This document shows positions 35,264 through 44,871 of a stretch of 64,000 bases of DNA, in pieces. The position numbers and the translations under genes are program-made. The first letter of the stretch is position 1; each line of letters opens with the position of its first letter. Source of the stretch: a bacterium (GTDB lineage: Bacteria; Chlamydiota; Chlamydiia; Chlamydiales; 2-12-FULL-49-11); the NCBI GenBank assembly GCA_021847505.1, contig JAJZEO010000016.1, positions 12,177 to 76,176 of the forward strand, written 5' to 3'. A model generated the notes under the pieces. That model had not been told where the DNA came from. It saw only the letters and a list, made by a program, of their open reading frames with translations, and searched no databases.

Positions 35264-36412
35264 TTAGAAGTCCCAACAGACGTCAATCCTTAATCCAGTT
35301 AGAGAAAATGTGTTATTTTCTGCAGTATGGAATCTTGGGTTTGACACTCCGCTGCCTGGTTGAGCAATTTCGTTAAGTATGTAAGCATTCATGAACTGAT
35401 TAAAGTAGAATGCTGTATCCCAACCACCTTTGACTCTAAGATTTTGACATCCATAATATACGGATCTTTCATACATAATACCCAAATACATCTTGAGGGT
35501 GGGTGACATCATTGGAATTCCACTCTCGTTATAAGTCATTGTTAGACCAGATGCATTAAAATTTGACCATGAATGATCATTGATGGATGAATAACCAAGG
35601 AGAATCCCTGCTGAGTTGTCGATGAAAATACTTAGTCCCTCAGACATTCCAAACATAGCATCTATCCCTACGTCTGGACCAACTCCCCAAAAGCTATCAT
35701 TTTTCACGAGGTAGTAAACTGTTCCTGCTGGAACGTTTCCACCGGTAAGTTTCACGGTATTCTTATATCCCATCCAAGCAGCCTTTAATCCAAAGTGTGG
35801 AGTAATCGAAGAACATCCACCTAAGTAGCTGCCTCTTCCAATGACCGCATCCAACATATAATAGTTAACTTTGAGGGTCGAATTGGCATTGGTTGTATAT
35901 AAAAGGTTTGTTGTCCCATTTACAACACCATCTGATCTCAAATTGACTGGAACAAATGTTTGACCATATTCTGTATTCGTTTTAGAATTTCCTGTTGATG
36001 ATAGCCAGTCAAAGCTGAATACCAAATCCCAGTCATCATGTTGAAAGTGACGCCCAGCAGCTACAGTTAATCCCCAATCAACATTAAAACTAGGTCTTTG
36101 CCCAACTGCTGATTCGGCACTAGCGCCCTGCGCTGCGTTGTTATTAAGAAGATAACCAAACATGGTTCCTGTAACCCTGGCCTGCTCTAAAAGAAATCCA
36201 GCGTCGAAAAAGAAATCATTCGAATCAACATTTGGTCTTGTATTGCATAATGTAGGCCCTTTACAAGCATTTGGTTTCATATCCTCTTGCTGCCCACCTG
36301 CATATGCAAGTGAAATTGCTGCAAATGTTGCAACAAAAACTGGCAAGCCAATTTTGGAAGCTCCAATCATTTTATTTACCTCACGGGGGGTTTTGATTAG
36401 TTCATTTTTCAT
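35264..36412 (-). CDS. MOMP/porin-like outer-membrane beta-barrel protein
   Basis: 382 aa. Signal peptide 'MIGASKIGLPVFVATFAAISLAYA' if started at Met15 (36370, preceded by GAGGT). Gly/aromatic-rich beta-strands and C-terminal '...DVCWDF'. Confidence 0.6.
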   Translation of the reverse strand: MKNELIKTPREVNKMIGASKIGLPVFVATFAAISLAYAGGQQEDMKPNACKGPTLCNTRPNVDSNDFFFDAGFLLEQARVTGTMFGYLLNNNAAQGASAESAVGQRPSFNVDWGLTVAAGRHFQHDDWDLVFSFDWLSSTGNSKTNTEYGQTFVPVNLRSDGVVNGTTNLLYTTNANSTLKVNYYMLDAVIGRGSYLGGCSSITPHFGLKAAWMGYKNTVKLTGGNVPAGTVYYLVKNDSFWGVGPDVGIDAMFGMSEGLSIFIDNSAGILLGYSSINDHSWSNFNASGLTMTYNESGIPMMSPTLKMYLGIMYERSVYYGCQNLRVKGGWDTAFYFNQFMNAYILNEIAQPGSGVSNPRFHTAENNTFSLTGLRIDVCWDF

Positions 36413-36537
36413 TTCTTAAATTTCCTATAATCCAGTATATCGTTTTTTAAAACCATTATTTTTCATCAATTCTTTTGAATCAATCGCGCGCATAGTTGCT
36501 TGTGTTGAAAATGAGAGTGTTACAAAAAAACTACACT

Positions 36538-37659
36538 CTAATTTTTTTCTCCTAATGCCGTCCTTAAACAATAGTAGGCTGCACCTTTAAGTGCTGTGTC
36601 TTCTTCCAAAATGACATGAACTGGCACCGAGGAAAGTAATGATGTTAACCTGCCCTTATTAACAAAAGCTTTCATAAATTCCCCTTTTTTTAACTCGGGT
36701 ATGATCTTGGGAACAATCCCTCCCCCAAGAAAAATTCCCCCTGTTCCCATGATCGATAAAGCAAAATTTCCCGCTTCTGCCCCTAATAGAGAGCAAAACC
36801 AAGAGAGCAATGTTTGACAACACTCGTTTTCATTACTAATGCCCATTTCGGTAATGACTTTTGCTGGGTTCTCGTTTTTCATTCTCTCTAAAACGGCGGG
36901 TCCCGGCTTATATCTTCCCGTGTCGACGAGAAATTGATAAAGATTAACAATGCCCTGTCCGGATAAAACCCGTTCTTTGGAGACATGCCCAAATTTTCCC
37001 TTTAGATATTTGAAAAGTTCAACCTCTTGATCATTTCTTGGAGAAAAATCTGCATGGCCACCCTCTGATGCCCCAGGAATACGCTGCTTTCCATCATAGA
37101 ATAATACGGCCTCCCCTAATCCTGTTCCTGGAGAAACCATTCCTTGATTTCCGTCATTTAGAGGTGTTCCCTGATTCAATGTCATTAAATCACTTGAGGA
37201 TAACTCTCTTATTCCCCATGCATTAGCTACTAAATCATTGATCAAAAATGTGGATTCGATATTGAAATGTTTTGAGATTTTTTCCGCCGAGACCACCCAT
37301 GGTAGGTTAATCGTGTGGGAAACTCCCCCTTCTGTTGGCCCCGCAATGGCAAAACAACATCGCGATGGTGGCTTTTTCTCTTCCTTAAGAAAATCTTCGA
37401 TGATCTCTTCAAGACATTTATGTTCTCCTGAAAGATATCTCTTTCGTCGTGTTTCCTTTAGATTTCCTCCATGATAGTCGTAAAGGGCCAGCAGCGTCTT
37501 CGTCCCTCCAACATCACCCGCAAGAAAGGTCACTTCGGCCTCCCGATCATATTTCAACATAAATTGAAATATCCCTTTCTTTTTGTCCAGTGGTTTAATA
37601 TTATATCGGTTTACTTGAACATTTGAGGTGTCATATGAAACCATCGGAACAAGAAGCAA
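36538..37659 (-). CDS. glk: Glucokinase
   Basis: 373 aa in the track. '[17 protein letters not shown]' is the ATP-binding motif of bacterial Glk. The likely start is Met34 (37560). Confidence 0.85.
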   Translation of the reverse strand: MLLVPMVSYDTSNVQVNRYNIKPLDKKKGIFQFMLKYDREAEVTFLAGDVGGTKTLLALYDYHGGNLKETRRKRYLSGEHKCLEEIIEDFLKEEKKPPSRCCFAIAGPTEGGVSHTINLPWVVSAEKISKHFNIESTFLINDLVANAWGIRELSSSDLMTLNQGTPLNDGNQGMVSPGTGLGEAVLFYDGKQRIPGASEGGHADFSPRNDQEVELFKYLKGKFGHVSKERVLSGQGIVNLYQFLVDTGRYKPGPAVLERMKNENPAKVITEMGISNENECCQTLLSWFCSLLGAEAGNFALSIMGTGGIFLGGGIVPKIIPELKKGEFMKAFVNKGRLTSLLSSVPVHVILEEDTALKGAAYYCLRTALGEKN

Positions 37660-38705
37660 AAAAGAAAGCCTTAGAGTCGGCCTTATCTCATATTGAAAAG
37701 CAGTTTGGGGATGGCGCTATTATGTCACTAGGAAAACACTCTTCTACACACAGCGTGCAAGTGATCCCCACCGGATCGATTACTCTCGACCTTGCTCTTG
37801 GCATCGGTGGCGTTCCTCGCGGACGTATCGTAGAAATTTACGGCCCCGAATCTTCAGGAAAATCCACCCTTGCTACCCACATCGTAGCCAATTGCCAAAA
37901 AAGAGGTGGCGTTGCCGCATATATAGATGCAGAACACGCCCTTGACCCTACTTATGCAGCAAAAATCGGCGTAAACATTAATGAACTCCTCATCTCTCAG
38001 CCAGATAGCGGAGAAGAAGCCTTGAACATTGCAGAGATGCTTGCTCGATCTAATGCTGTTGATGTGATCGTTATTGACTCTGTGGCGGCTCTTGTACCCA
38101 AAAGCGAGCTCGAAGGAGAAATTGGAGATTCTCATGTGGGTCTACAAGCCAGATTGATGTCCCAAGCTCTAAGAAAACTCACGTCCACCCTCTCTAAGTC
38201 AAACACTTGCGCAATTTTTATTAACCAAATACGAGAAAAGATCGGTGTGATGTTTGGTAGCCCAGAGACCACAACAGGGGGACGAGCTCTTAAATTTTAT
38301 GCTTCTGTTCGGTTGGACATTCGTCGCATTGCCGCCATTAAAGATAGCGAAGGGATCGATTGTGGAAATAGGGTGAAAGTGAAAGTGGTCAAAAATAAAA
38401 TGGCTCCCCCTTTCCGTTCGGCTGAATTCGATATTCTCTTTAATGAAGGGATCTCTCGTGCCGGCTCTCTAATTGACCTTGGAATCGACACTGGAATCAT
38501 CGACAAAAAAGGGACATGGCTCAGCTACAAGACTCATCGATATCAAGGTCGTGAAGCAGCAAGAAAAGAACTCAGAGAAAATCCTGTTCTTCTGGATGAG
38601 ATCGAGGGGGTCATTTTAGCCAAGTATAAAGAAAAATTTGGCGCGTCTGGCTACTCTCCTGCAAAACCAGAAGGTGAAACCGTCGAAGTTGGGGCGTCCG
38701 ATTAA
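37635..38705 (+). CDS. recA: Recombinase A
   Basis: '[16 protein letters not shown]' (Walker A), '[10 protein letters not shown]' and '[28 protein letters not shown]'. The ATG at 37635 is preceded by GAGGTG. Confidence 0.98.
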   Translation: MKPSEQEAKKKALESALSHIEKQFGDGAIMSLGKHSSTHSVQVIPTGSITLDLALGIGGVPRGRIVEIYGPESSGKSTLATHIVANCQKRGGVAAYIDAEHALDPTYAAKIGVNINELLISQPDSGEEALNIAEMLARSNAVDVIVIDSVAALVPKSELEGEIGDSHVGLQARLMSQALRKLTSTLSKSNTCAIFINQIREKIGVMFGSPETTTGGRALKFYASVRLDIRRIAAIKDSEGIDCGNRVKVKVVKNKMAPPFRSAEFDILFNEGISRAGSLIDLGIDTGIIDKKGTWLSYKTHRYQGREAARKELRENPVLLDEIEGVILAKYKEKFGASGYSPAKPEGETVEVGASD

Positions 38706-39577
38706 AGCCCCTTTTCTAGGGCTTCTAGAAGGGCCTCGAATGAGTGACTCGACAGCTTTAACTCTGTGATCTTCTCACGGAAGGTTTCTGTTTCTTTGTA
38801 GAATCGAATCAAGGCTTCCTCTTTGCCGAGCATGACAGCAAAGTTGGACAGGCACCCTCGTGTCTCGTCCTCTGAATAATCTAAAAGATCGTCGCGCACT
38901 TGAAAGGCCATCCCTAGATGATAAGCCGCCTCTCTCACTTCATTTAGTTTGGACAAGCCTCCCCCACCAAACATCCATCCAAAAACCATGGCCATTTCAA
39001 AAAACGTAATCGTCTTCAAGTAGATCAAGTTTTCCAGTGCTTCTAAGCTGTCGGGCTTTTCAAATAAGTCGAGTTCTTGCCCGAGTGTGGCCCCCTTGCA
39101 ACCAGACGCCTTGGAAGAGAGTGCAACCGCAGACTCAAGCACTTCAAAGGCTGCCTCCCCTATTTGGTCTGCCAATATCCTCCCGTTCTCAGCAAGCTTT
39201 CCATACGCAGCAGTAATCAAACCATAACTAGCTAAGATGGCTGTGGCCTGACCATACTCTATATGAACACAGCTTCTTCCCCTCCGTTTTTTTTCATCAT
39301 CCATGCAGGGTAAATCATCTGCTATGATCGATGCTGTGTGTGAAAACTCAACAGCTAAGGCGCTTGGAATTACATTTAATCCCATTCCCAGTCCCTCTGC
39401 CACCATCAAAGTAATGATTGGTCGAACTCGTTTTCCTCCCGAAAGAAGCGCATAATGCATGGCCCTTTCTAGATGATTGGCCGCTGTAAACTCCTCTTCT
39501 AGGGCAAGATCGATTCTCTCCTTATACCCTTTCAATAGCAGAAGGCTCACTGAATAATGCCCCCCACATTTTTGCAT
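38702..39577 (-). CDS. ispA: Polyprenyl (farnesyl/geranylgeranyl) diphosphate synthase
   Basis: 291 aa. First Asp-rich motif '[17 protein letters not shown]' and second 'FQVRDDLLD'. Confidence 0.85.
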   Translation of the reverse strand: MQKCGGHYSVSLLLLKGYKERIDLALEEEFTAANHLERAMHYALLSGGKRVRPIITLMVAEGLGMGLNVIPSALAVEFSHTASIIADDLPCMDDEKKRRGRSCVHIEYGQATAILASYGLITAAYGKLAENGRILADQIGEAAFEVLESAVALSSKASGCKGATLGQELDLFEKPDSLEALENLIYLKTITFFEMAMVFGWMFGGGGLSKLNEVREAAYHLGMAFQVRDDLLDYSEDETRGCLSNFAVMLGKEEALIRFYKETETFREKITELKLSSHSFEALLEALEKGL

Positions 39578-40110
39578 GGCATTACGATCTTTCTTGGAAG
39601 CACAATGGTCCCTGGATTTAGAACCGCATTACAACCGATCGATGCATCGTCGCCAATAAGTGCTCCCAATTTTCTTCTCTGGGTGTTTACATTGCCTACA
39701 AAAATTTCCCCCTTATCGAAGCGCATATTCGCACAAATGCTTCCTGCCCCCATATTCACCCGCGAACCAACGATCGTGTCTCCCACGTAATTTAAATGGG
39801 GAATTTTTGCTTCGTCAAAAATGAGCGATCTGACGATCTCAACATGATGCCCTATCACACATCTCTCGCCGATGACCACCGGTCCCCGCAAACAGGCCCC
39901 CTTTCGAATTATGGTGCCCTTTCCGACAAAAACCCGACCTTCTACGAAAACATCGGGTCCCAAATCCGAAACTCCGTTTTTCTCTACAAACGCTTCTAGC
40001 TCATCCAACCAGTGCCACGGAGTTCTTTCTAAACAAAGGAGCTCTTTAAAAGAAAGCCCTTCGGTATCAAAGAGTTTTGCTGTGAGTTCTTTGTTGATTT
40101 CTAGCGTCAT
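39547..40110 (-). CDS. Left-handed beta-helix (hexapeptide-repeat) transferase
   Basis: 187 aa with repeated [LIV]-G-x-x-x-x hexads ('IGERCVIGHHVEI', 'VGDTIVGSRVNMGAGS', 'IGDDASIGCNAVL'). Confidence 0.65.
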   Translation of the reverse strand: MTLEINKELTAKLFDTEGLSFKELLCLERTPWHWLDELEAFVEKNGVSDLGPDVFVEGRVFVGKGTIIRKGACLRGPVVIGERCVIGHHVEIVRSLIFDEAKIPHLNYVGDTIVGSRVNMGAGSICANMRFDKGEIFVGNVNTQRRKLGALIGDDASIGCNAVLNPGTIVLPRKIVMPCKNVGGIIQ

Positions 40111-40366
40111 TAGATCCTCTTTTCCACACAGGGAAAGAATATGTATATAGTATTCTTATATTATATTCTTCTTCTTATTTCGTTGTGGAAATGTCGATAA
40201 TTTTTAGGGAAGAGGAATTGAATCAATGAATTTGAAGCAAAAAAAGTGTGCAAAACATGTCAGTGGGTTGTCCAAAAAGTGGGGCTTTTCAACAGGGAAA
40301 GTTTTTCAACGGATTACCGAACAATGATTGAACAGGTTATCGACAGCTTTTCCCACAGGGGTTTTC

Positions 40367-40411
40367 GGGCAAGGGCATGGGTAAGGGCAGGGGCAAGGGC
40401 AGGGGCAAGGG
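40367..40411 (+). repeat. G-rich hexamer repeat copy 2, (GGGCAR)x7.5
   Basis: GGGCAA GGGCAT GGGTAA GGGCAG GGGCAA GGGCAG GGGCAA GGG. It ends 14 nt from the 3' end of the minus-strand tRNA-Pro. Confidence 0.9.
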
Positions 40412-40425
40412 AATTTAGTAACATT

Positions 40426-40500
40426 TCAGGGTGGAGAGATTTGAACTCTCGACCTCAAGCCCCCCAGACTTGCACGCTAACCAGGCTGCGCTACACCCTG
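40426..40500 (-). tRNA. tRNA-Pro (anticodon GGG)
   Basis: Folded by hand as a 75-nt cloverleaf: acceptor CAGGGTG/CACCCTG, D-stem GCGC/GCGT, anticodon stem CAAGT/GCTTG with loop CTGGGGG (G37), T-arm GAGAG-TTCAAAT-CTCTC, discriminator A73. CCA is not encoded. Confidence 0.9.
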
Positions 40501-40553
40501 AAAACAGAATTCTTTAATAGAAAGCAATAAGATGTTAAACTCGCTTTGTGTAA

Positions 40554-41246
40554 ATGTCAAGGGCCACTATGACAATGATGTTAGAAAAAAGTTGGCGCTC
40601 ACTACTTGACGAGGAAGTCAAGAAGCCGTACATAGCCGATTTGAAGCAATATCTTGAGCAAGAAGTCAAAGAGGGGAAGGTCGTTTACCCACCGATGGAT
40701 GAAGTATTTGCCGCTTTTCGTTACGCCCCTTTTGAGAAAGTGAAGGTGGTCATCGTGGGACAGGACCCGTATCATGGTCCCAATCAAGCAGAGGGCCTCT
40801 GCTTCAGCGTAAAGCCAGGGATCAAAATACCGCCCTCTCTAAAAAACATTTACCGAGAACTTATCGAGGATGTGGGCATCACGATGCCAACACATGGTTC
40901 CTTGGTAAGCTGGGCAAAGCAGGGGGTTCTCTTGTTGAATGCGACCTTAACGGTGCGGCAAGGGGAACCAAAATCCCATTATGGACACGGTTGGGAAACG
41001 TTTACCGATAAAGTGATTGGGGAGCTCAGCAAACGAGAAGATCCCTTGGTCTTTCTTCTGTGGGGCCGATCTGCTGCAGAAAAATGCGATACGATCCTTG
41101 ATCGTTGTGAGCATCCACATGCTGTCTTTAAAGCTGCCCATCCTTCGCCTTATTCAGCTGAAAATTTTTTTGGCTGCCGCCACTTCTCGAAGGCGAACGA
41201 ATGCTTAGCAAAATGGGGCAAAGAACCGATTGACTGGCAGGTGTAA
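40554..41246 (+). CDS. ung: Uracil-DNA glycosylase (family 1)
   Basis: 230 aa. 'VVIVGQDPYHGPNQAEGLCFSV' and 'AAHPSPYSA' are family motifs. Confidence 0.95.
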   Translation: MSRATMTMMLEKSWRSLLDEEVKKPYIADLKQYLEQEVKEGKVVYPPMDEVFAAFRYAPFEKVKVVIVGQDPYHGPNQAEGLCFSVKPGIKIPPSLKNIYRELIEDVGITMPTHGSLVSWAKQGVLLLNATLTVRQGEPKSHYGHGWETFTDKVIGELSKREDPLVFLLWGRSAAEKCDTILDRCEHPHAVFKAAHPSPYSAENFFGCRHFSKANECLAKWGKEPIDWQV

Positions 41247-41249
41247 GGT

Positions 41250-42488
41250 ATGAAGAATTGGGGGAAAAAAAGATCGCTTATTGCCATCATGTTGACTTTT
41301 GCAATTGCTTCCTTAAGTGCAACGATCATATTTCCCATTTTAGCCCCGCTATTTTTGGACCCCGAGCAATCGATCATAAAAAACTCAGTGCCGGGAAATA
41401 TCCGTTCGATCTTGCTAGGCTTTTTTCTCGCCTCTTTTCCTCTAGCCCAGTTTATCTTTTCCCCATTGTGCGGTGAGTTTGCTGACCGAAAGGGGAGAAA
41501 ACCGGTATTTCTCGTGACACTGTCCATCGAAGCGGTAGGGTATGCTTTGTGTGCTTTGTCAATTTGGTGGCATCACTTGGCCCTATTTTTCTTGGGACGC
41601 TTTTTAACAGGATTGGCGGCGGGGAATATGACCGTTTGTTTGGCCACATTGGTCGATTTGGCAGGAAGTGAAAAGAAAAAGGTCCGCTATTTTAGCTATG
41701 GTTCAGCGCTCGCTGGGGTGATGTTTGTACTTGGGCCTTTTGTTGGGGGAAAATTAGCAGATAAAGAGGTTTTTTCTTTCTTTAATCCCGCCTTTCCTAT
41801 GTGGATAGGATCCATCCTTGCGGTGTGCAATTTGATCGTTATGGCCCTTCTTTACAAAGAGACGCTCCAGCAAAAGTGTAAAAAACCTTATGACATGATT
41901 GCATCAGTTCACAACGTCCAAATGGCCTTTCGAAGAGGAGCAGTACGAGAGTTATACCTCATCTATTTTTTCTTCCTATTCGGCTGGAATATGCTCTATC
42001 AGTTTATTCCTGCGATCATGGTACAGGAGTTCCGTTCAACGATTTCTATGATCGGGGACATTAGCGCCCTAGCAGGGTGTATCTGGATTTTAGGAACCAT
42101 TGTCATCCATTTCATAGCAAAGACAAGCTTTGAAACAAAATATTTAGTGTTCACTTCATTGGTGATTTTTTCTTTGACAACCATCTTTATACCGCTTCCC
42201 CACTCTATGAAAGGTTTTATTCTATTGACCGGGACATCGGTCTTTTTTGCGGGAGGGATTTGGCCCTTATTCACGGCGGCGATTTCCAATGCAGCCGATC
42301 ACCGCATTCAAGGAAAAGTTTTAGGGCTCAGCCAGTCAATTCAATCTTTATCCATGATGTTAGCCCCTTTTATGGGGGGATTTTTTCTTCAGGCTCACAG
42401 CCAGGTTCCCTTTATTGTGGCGGCCGTTTCGACCCTTTTCGCAGCAGCGCTTCTCACAAAAACCCACCGCGTCCATTTTCAAAGCTGA
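41250..42488 (+). CDS. MFS transporter (drug:H+ antiporter-like)
   Basis: 412 aa, about 12 TM helices. MFS loop motif 'GEFADRKGRKPV'. Confidence 0.8.
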   Translation: MKNWGKKRSLIAIMLTFAIASLSATIIFPILAPLFLDPEQSIIKNSVPGNIRSILLGFFLASFPLAQFIFSPLCGEFADRKGRKPVFLVTLSIEAVGYALCALSIWWHHLALFFLGRFLTGLAAGNMTVCLATLVDLAGSEKKKVRYFSYGSALAGVMFVLGPFVGGKLADKEVFSFFNPAFPMWIGSILAVCNLIVMALLYKETLQQKCKKPYDMIASVHNVQMAFRRGAVRELYLIYFFFLFGWNMLYQFIPAIMVQEFRSTISMIGDISALAGCIWILGTIVIHFIAKTSFETKYLVFTSLVIFSLTTIFIPLPHSMKGFILLTGTSVFFAGGIWPLFTAAISNAADHRIQGKVLGLSQSIQSLSMMLAPFMGGFFLQAHSQVPFIVAAVSTLFAAALLTKTHRVHFQS

Positions 42489-42531
42489 TTTGGTATTTAG
42501 CTTAATAGGGAGTGAGAGTATAATTATTGGG

Positions 42532-42897
42532 ATGGATTATCGAATTTACATCTATATCATTACTCAGCTAGCAACAAGAAAATTTGTTGTACTTCCCCTT
42601 GGGCGAGATCAAATAGTTTGTCGAATAGAAGAAGGGGAAGGAGGTTGGAGAATTTCTTTGAAATTATCCTCTCTTCAATTGACTAAATGCTCGCGCCAAA
42701 TTCAAGAATGTTTTGCCATAAGACAACGAGTCAATTTTTTCCATGGTACCGATCTCGTGATCAATCATACAGAGGGACCGGGGGTCTACCTCGTCAAAAC
42801 GACCTCTTCCATTCAACAATATTCCCCCCTCAAACAATTCATCGAAGAGATGATCGAAGAAGTTGATGACTTCAAACAGCTCTTTAGCATAACATAA
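42532..42897 (+). CDS. Hypothetical protein (121 aa)
   Basis: The track ORF 42415..42897 overlaps the MFS gene, so it is trimmed to the ATG at 42532. No motif recognised. Confidence 0.35.
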   Translation: MDYRIYIYIITQLATRKFVVLPLGRDQIVCRIEEGEGGWRISLKLSSLQLTKCSRQIQECFAIRQRVNFFHGTDLVINHTEGPGVYLVKTTSSIQQYSPLKQFIEEMIEEVDDFKQLFSIT

Positions 42898-42901
42898 CGT
42901 A

Positions 42902-43834
42902 ATGAAGTTGCAAGGAAGCATAGTTGCGCTAGTGACACCATTTACGGATGGTGGGGACGCTATCGATTATTCGGTTGCAAAGTCGCTCATTCAAATGCAG
43001 AAAGATGGGGGAACGGATGGGCTTGTGATTGGAGGGACGACAGGGGAAGGACCAACACTTTCTGATGACGAACTTGAATCCCTCGTAAACATGGCTATCG
43101 ACCTCTCAGATGATTCATTCAAGATCATTGCCACATGTGGTACCAATTGCACAAGAAAAAGCATTAAAAGGGCACAAATTGCCAAACAAGCAGGAGCCGA
43201 TGGATGTCTTGCTACGGTTCCTTATTACAACAAGCCATGCTTTAGAGGCCTTTTTAGTCATTTTTCTGCCCTTGCAGAAGTGGGACTTCCTGTTGTGATT
43301 TACCACCATCCTGGACGAACCGGTATATCATTAAACGCGGAAGAACTTGCAACGTTACATCAAATTGACGGAGTTGTAGCCATTAAAGATTGTGGGACAG
43401 ATCCAAGCTTAATCGCACGCATTTGCCGCATTATGCCCGAAGCTAGGATCTTGTCAGGAAATGACGACCTCACGCTCCCTGTGATCAAAGAGGGGGGAGT
43501 TGGGTGTATCTCTGTCATTGGCAATCTTATGCCAAGACAATGGAAAAAGATCCTTTCTTTGGCGCTAGAAGGAAAGCACGATGAGGCGCTTGACTGTTAC
43601 AAAGAGATAGAAGCGCTGATCACAGCGCTCAATCTCGAAGTTAACCCTCAGGGAATCAAATGCGCGATGACTCTCTCTGGCCTCATTGAAAACAAACTGC
43701 GCCTTCCCATGGTGCCTGTTTGCGAAGAAACCGAAAAGGCGATTGCGCTCGCCTTAAATGAATGGGGCAAGAGCAAAGGCAAGGGCAGGGGCAAGCGACT
43801 AGTCGGTGTGAACGCGTTTGAGTTCCTGAGATGA
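42902..43834 (+). CDS. dapA: 4-hydroxy-tetrahydrodipicolinate synthase with repeat-derived C-terminal extension
   Basis: 310 aa. Motifs 'GSIVALVTPF', 'GGTTGEGPTL', 'VPYYNKP' and 'VVAIKDCG' (Schiff-base Lys). The last ~22 aa ('GKSKGKGRGKRLVGVNAFEFLR') are encoded by the G-rich repeat and the antisense of the convergent gene. Confidence 0.93.
   Translation: MKLQGSIVALVTPFTDGGDAIDYSVAKSLIQMQKDGGTDGLVIGGTTGEGPTLSDDELESLVNMAIDLSDDSFKIIATCGTNCTRKSIKRAQIAKQAGADGCLATVPYYNKPCFRGLFSHFSALAEVGLPVVIYHHPGRTGISLNAEELATLHQIDGVVAIKDCGTDPSLIARICRIMPEARILSGNDDLTLPVIKEGGVGCISVIGNLMPRQWKKILSLALEGKHDEALDCYKEIEALITALNLEVNPQGIKCAMTLSGLIENKLRLPMVPVCEETEKAIALALNEWGKSKGKGRGKRLVGVNAFEFLR
43765..43795 (+). repeat. G-rich hexamer repeat copy 3 (contains the 25-mer identical to copy 1)
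   Basis: GGGCAA GAGCAA AGGCAA GGGCAG GGGCAA G. It lies inside the dapA 3' end and stops 3 nt before the stop codon of the convergent gene (43799). Confidence 0.9.
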
Positions 43835-44470
43835 TAGGGCTTGAGTGAAGGCAGGAGTCACGTCGTTTTCCTCAAAAGTGCGCGTAATTCGAGAGGCTTG
43901 GTAGTGGACAATGACTGCATCACCAGGCTCTTCCCGATCTTCTCTGGTGCGAACAATACGAATATATTTTTCTGGAAGACGCTTCATCTCAACGATGGTG
44001 GGATAGTGAAGAACGACCCTTCTTAGTGCCACTTGATCCAATACGGTGCCTTTGTAACTGGAGAGCATTCTTTCGCACTCTTTTTTCCAGAGAGTAAGAA
44101 GCTTTTTAGCAGAGGCAGTGTTGGCAACATAAAAAGTGCCAGAGAGAATCTTTGCTTCATGATTAGGTTCTACGTGGTCATTTACGTAAAAAGAACAGTC
44201 GGCATAACAGGTATCAAAAAAGTCGGGCTTCTTAACAATAACGCTATCAGCATCAGTCCAAATCAAAGGTGCTTTATGCTCTTCAAGTTTTTTCAATAAG
44301 AATTCAGGCTTGTAACAACAATTCTTGCTCCAAGACCCTCGATCTTCTATGGCACAGACATCGTGCTGAAGGCCAAATTTCTTTAATGAGGCAACTAGAT
44401 CCTGGGCCTCTTTTTCATAGAGGGTGTTTTTTGTGTAATAGCTGACAAAAATAGGTTTTTGATGAGTCAC
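43799..44470 (-). CDS. Cytoplasmic GT-A-like nucleotide-diphospho-sugar transferase (no signal peptide)
   Basis: 223 aa. 'IFVSYYTKN' and 'CCYKPEFLLKKLEEHKAPLIWTDADSVIV' (KP helix plus DxD). No N-terminal hydrophobic segment. Confidence 0.45.
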   Translation of the reverse strand: MTHQKPIFVSYYTKNTLYEKEAQDLVASLKKFGLQHDVCAIEDRGSWSKNCCYKPEFLLKKLEEHKAPLIWTDADSVIVKKPDFFDTCYADCSFYVNDHVEPNHEAKILSGTFYVANTASAKKLLTLWKKECERMLSSYKGTVLDQVALRRVVLHYPTIVEMKRLPEKYIRIVRTREDREEPGDAVIVHYQASRITRTFEENDVTPAFTQALSSQELKRVHTD

Positions 44471-44871
44471 GATTTTCTCCCTTTGCGAAAAATGTCCTCT
44501 TCATCACTGAAAAGAGTTGTTGCATAAGATACTTCTACTATCGCACTTATAACACCAAGGAATGTCATAAAGCAACCAGTAATTAATAAAATAACAATAA
44601 TATACATCAAAGAGGATGCAATTGTCGAGAGAATGATAAAAAAAGCTGCAAGAGTAAAGAGGGCGATCGATGTATATTCGCATAAAATCGCTATTTGCAG
44701 AAAACGGGCCCGCTTAAAAAAAAATGTTTCGACCTTTTCATGCGATCTAATTTCAGATGTTTTCAGTTCTCTTAATAGACGAAGCAAAGAAGAGAGGCGG
44801 TTGTTTTGTGTCAAAATCAACATACAAGTAGCGGGGATCATGACAACAGGTAACACATCTACAGAAATCAT
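44467..44871 (-). CDS. Small integral membrane protein (DUF2721-like)
   Basis: 134 aa with 3 hydrophobic helices. 'LTQNNRLSSLLRLLRELK' resembles the DUF2721 signature. 4-nt overlaps with both neighbours. Confidence 0.4.
   Translation of the reverse strand: MISVDVLPVVMIPATCMLILTQNNRLSSLLRLLRELKTSEIRSHEKVETFFFKRARFLQIAILCEYTSIALFTLAAFFIILSTIASSLMYIIVILLITGCFMTFLGVISAIVEVSYATTLFSDEEDIFRKGRKS

Noticed and set aside
40183-40358. DnaA-box-like 9-mers (TTATCGACA and its complement, one mismatch from TTATCCACA) next to an AT-rich stretch, as a possible replication origin.
   Set aside because: There are only two imperfect boxes and no dnaA/dnaN or other oriC-linked genes nearby. The AT-rich stretch is short and fits a promoter for the 39547-40110 operon. 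I kept the pair only as an inverted repeat within the tRNA-flank finding.
40246-40530. A 94-aa ORF spanning the G-rich repeat and the tRNA-Pro locus ('...RARAWVRAGARAGARE...').
   Set aside because: It is made of repeat-derived low-complexity sequence plus the antisense of a well-folding tRNA. It has no SD, so I treat it as spurious.
42532-42897. The small ORF upstream of dapA as a class I type III secretion chaperone, based on its ~120-aa size and C-terminal helix 'FIEEMIEEVDDFKQLF'.
   Set aside because: My count of charged residues is roughly balanced (about 14 acidic and 14 basic), not acidic as is typical for such chaperones. There is no adjacent effector or T3S gene, so the evidence is insufficient.
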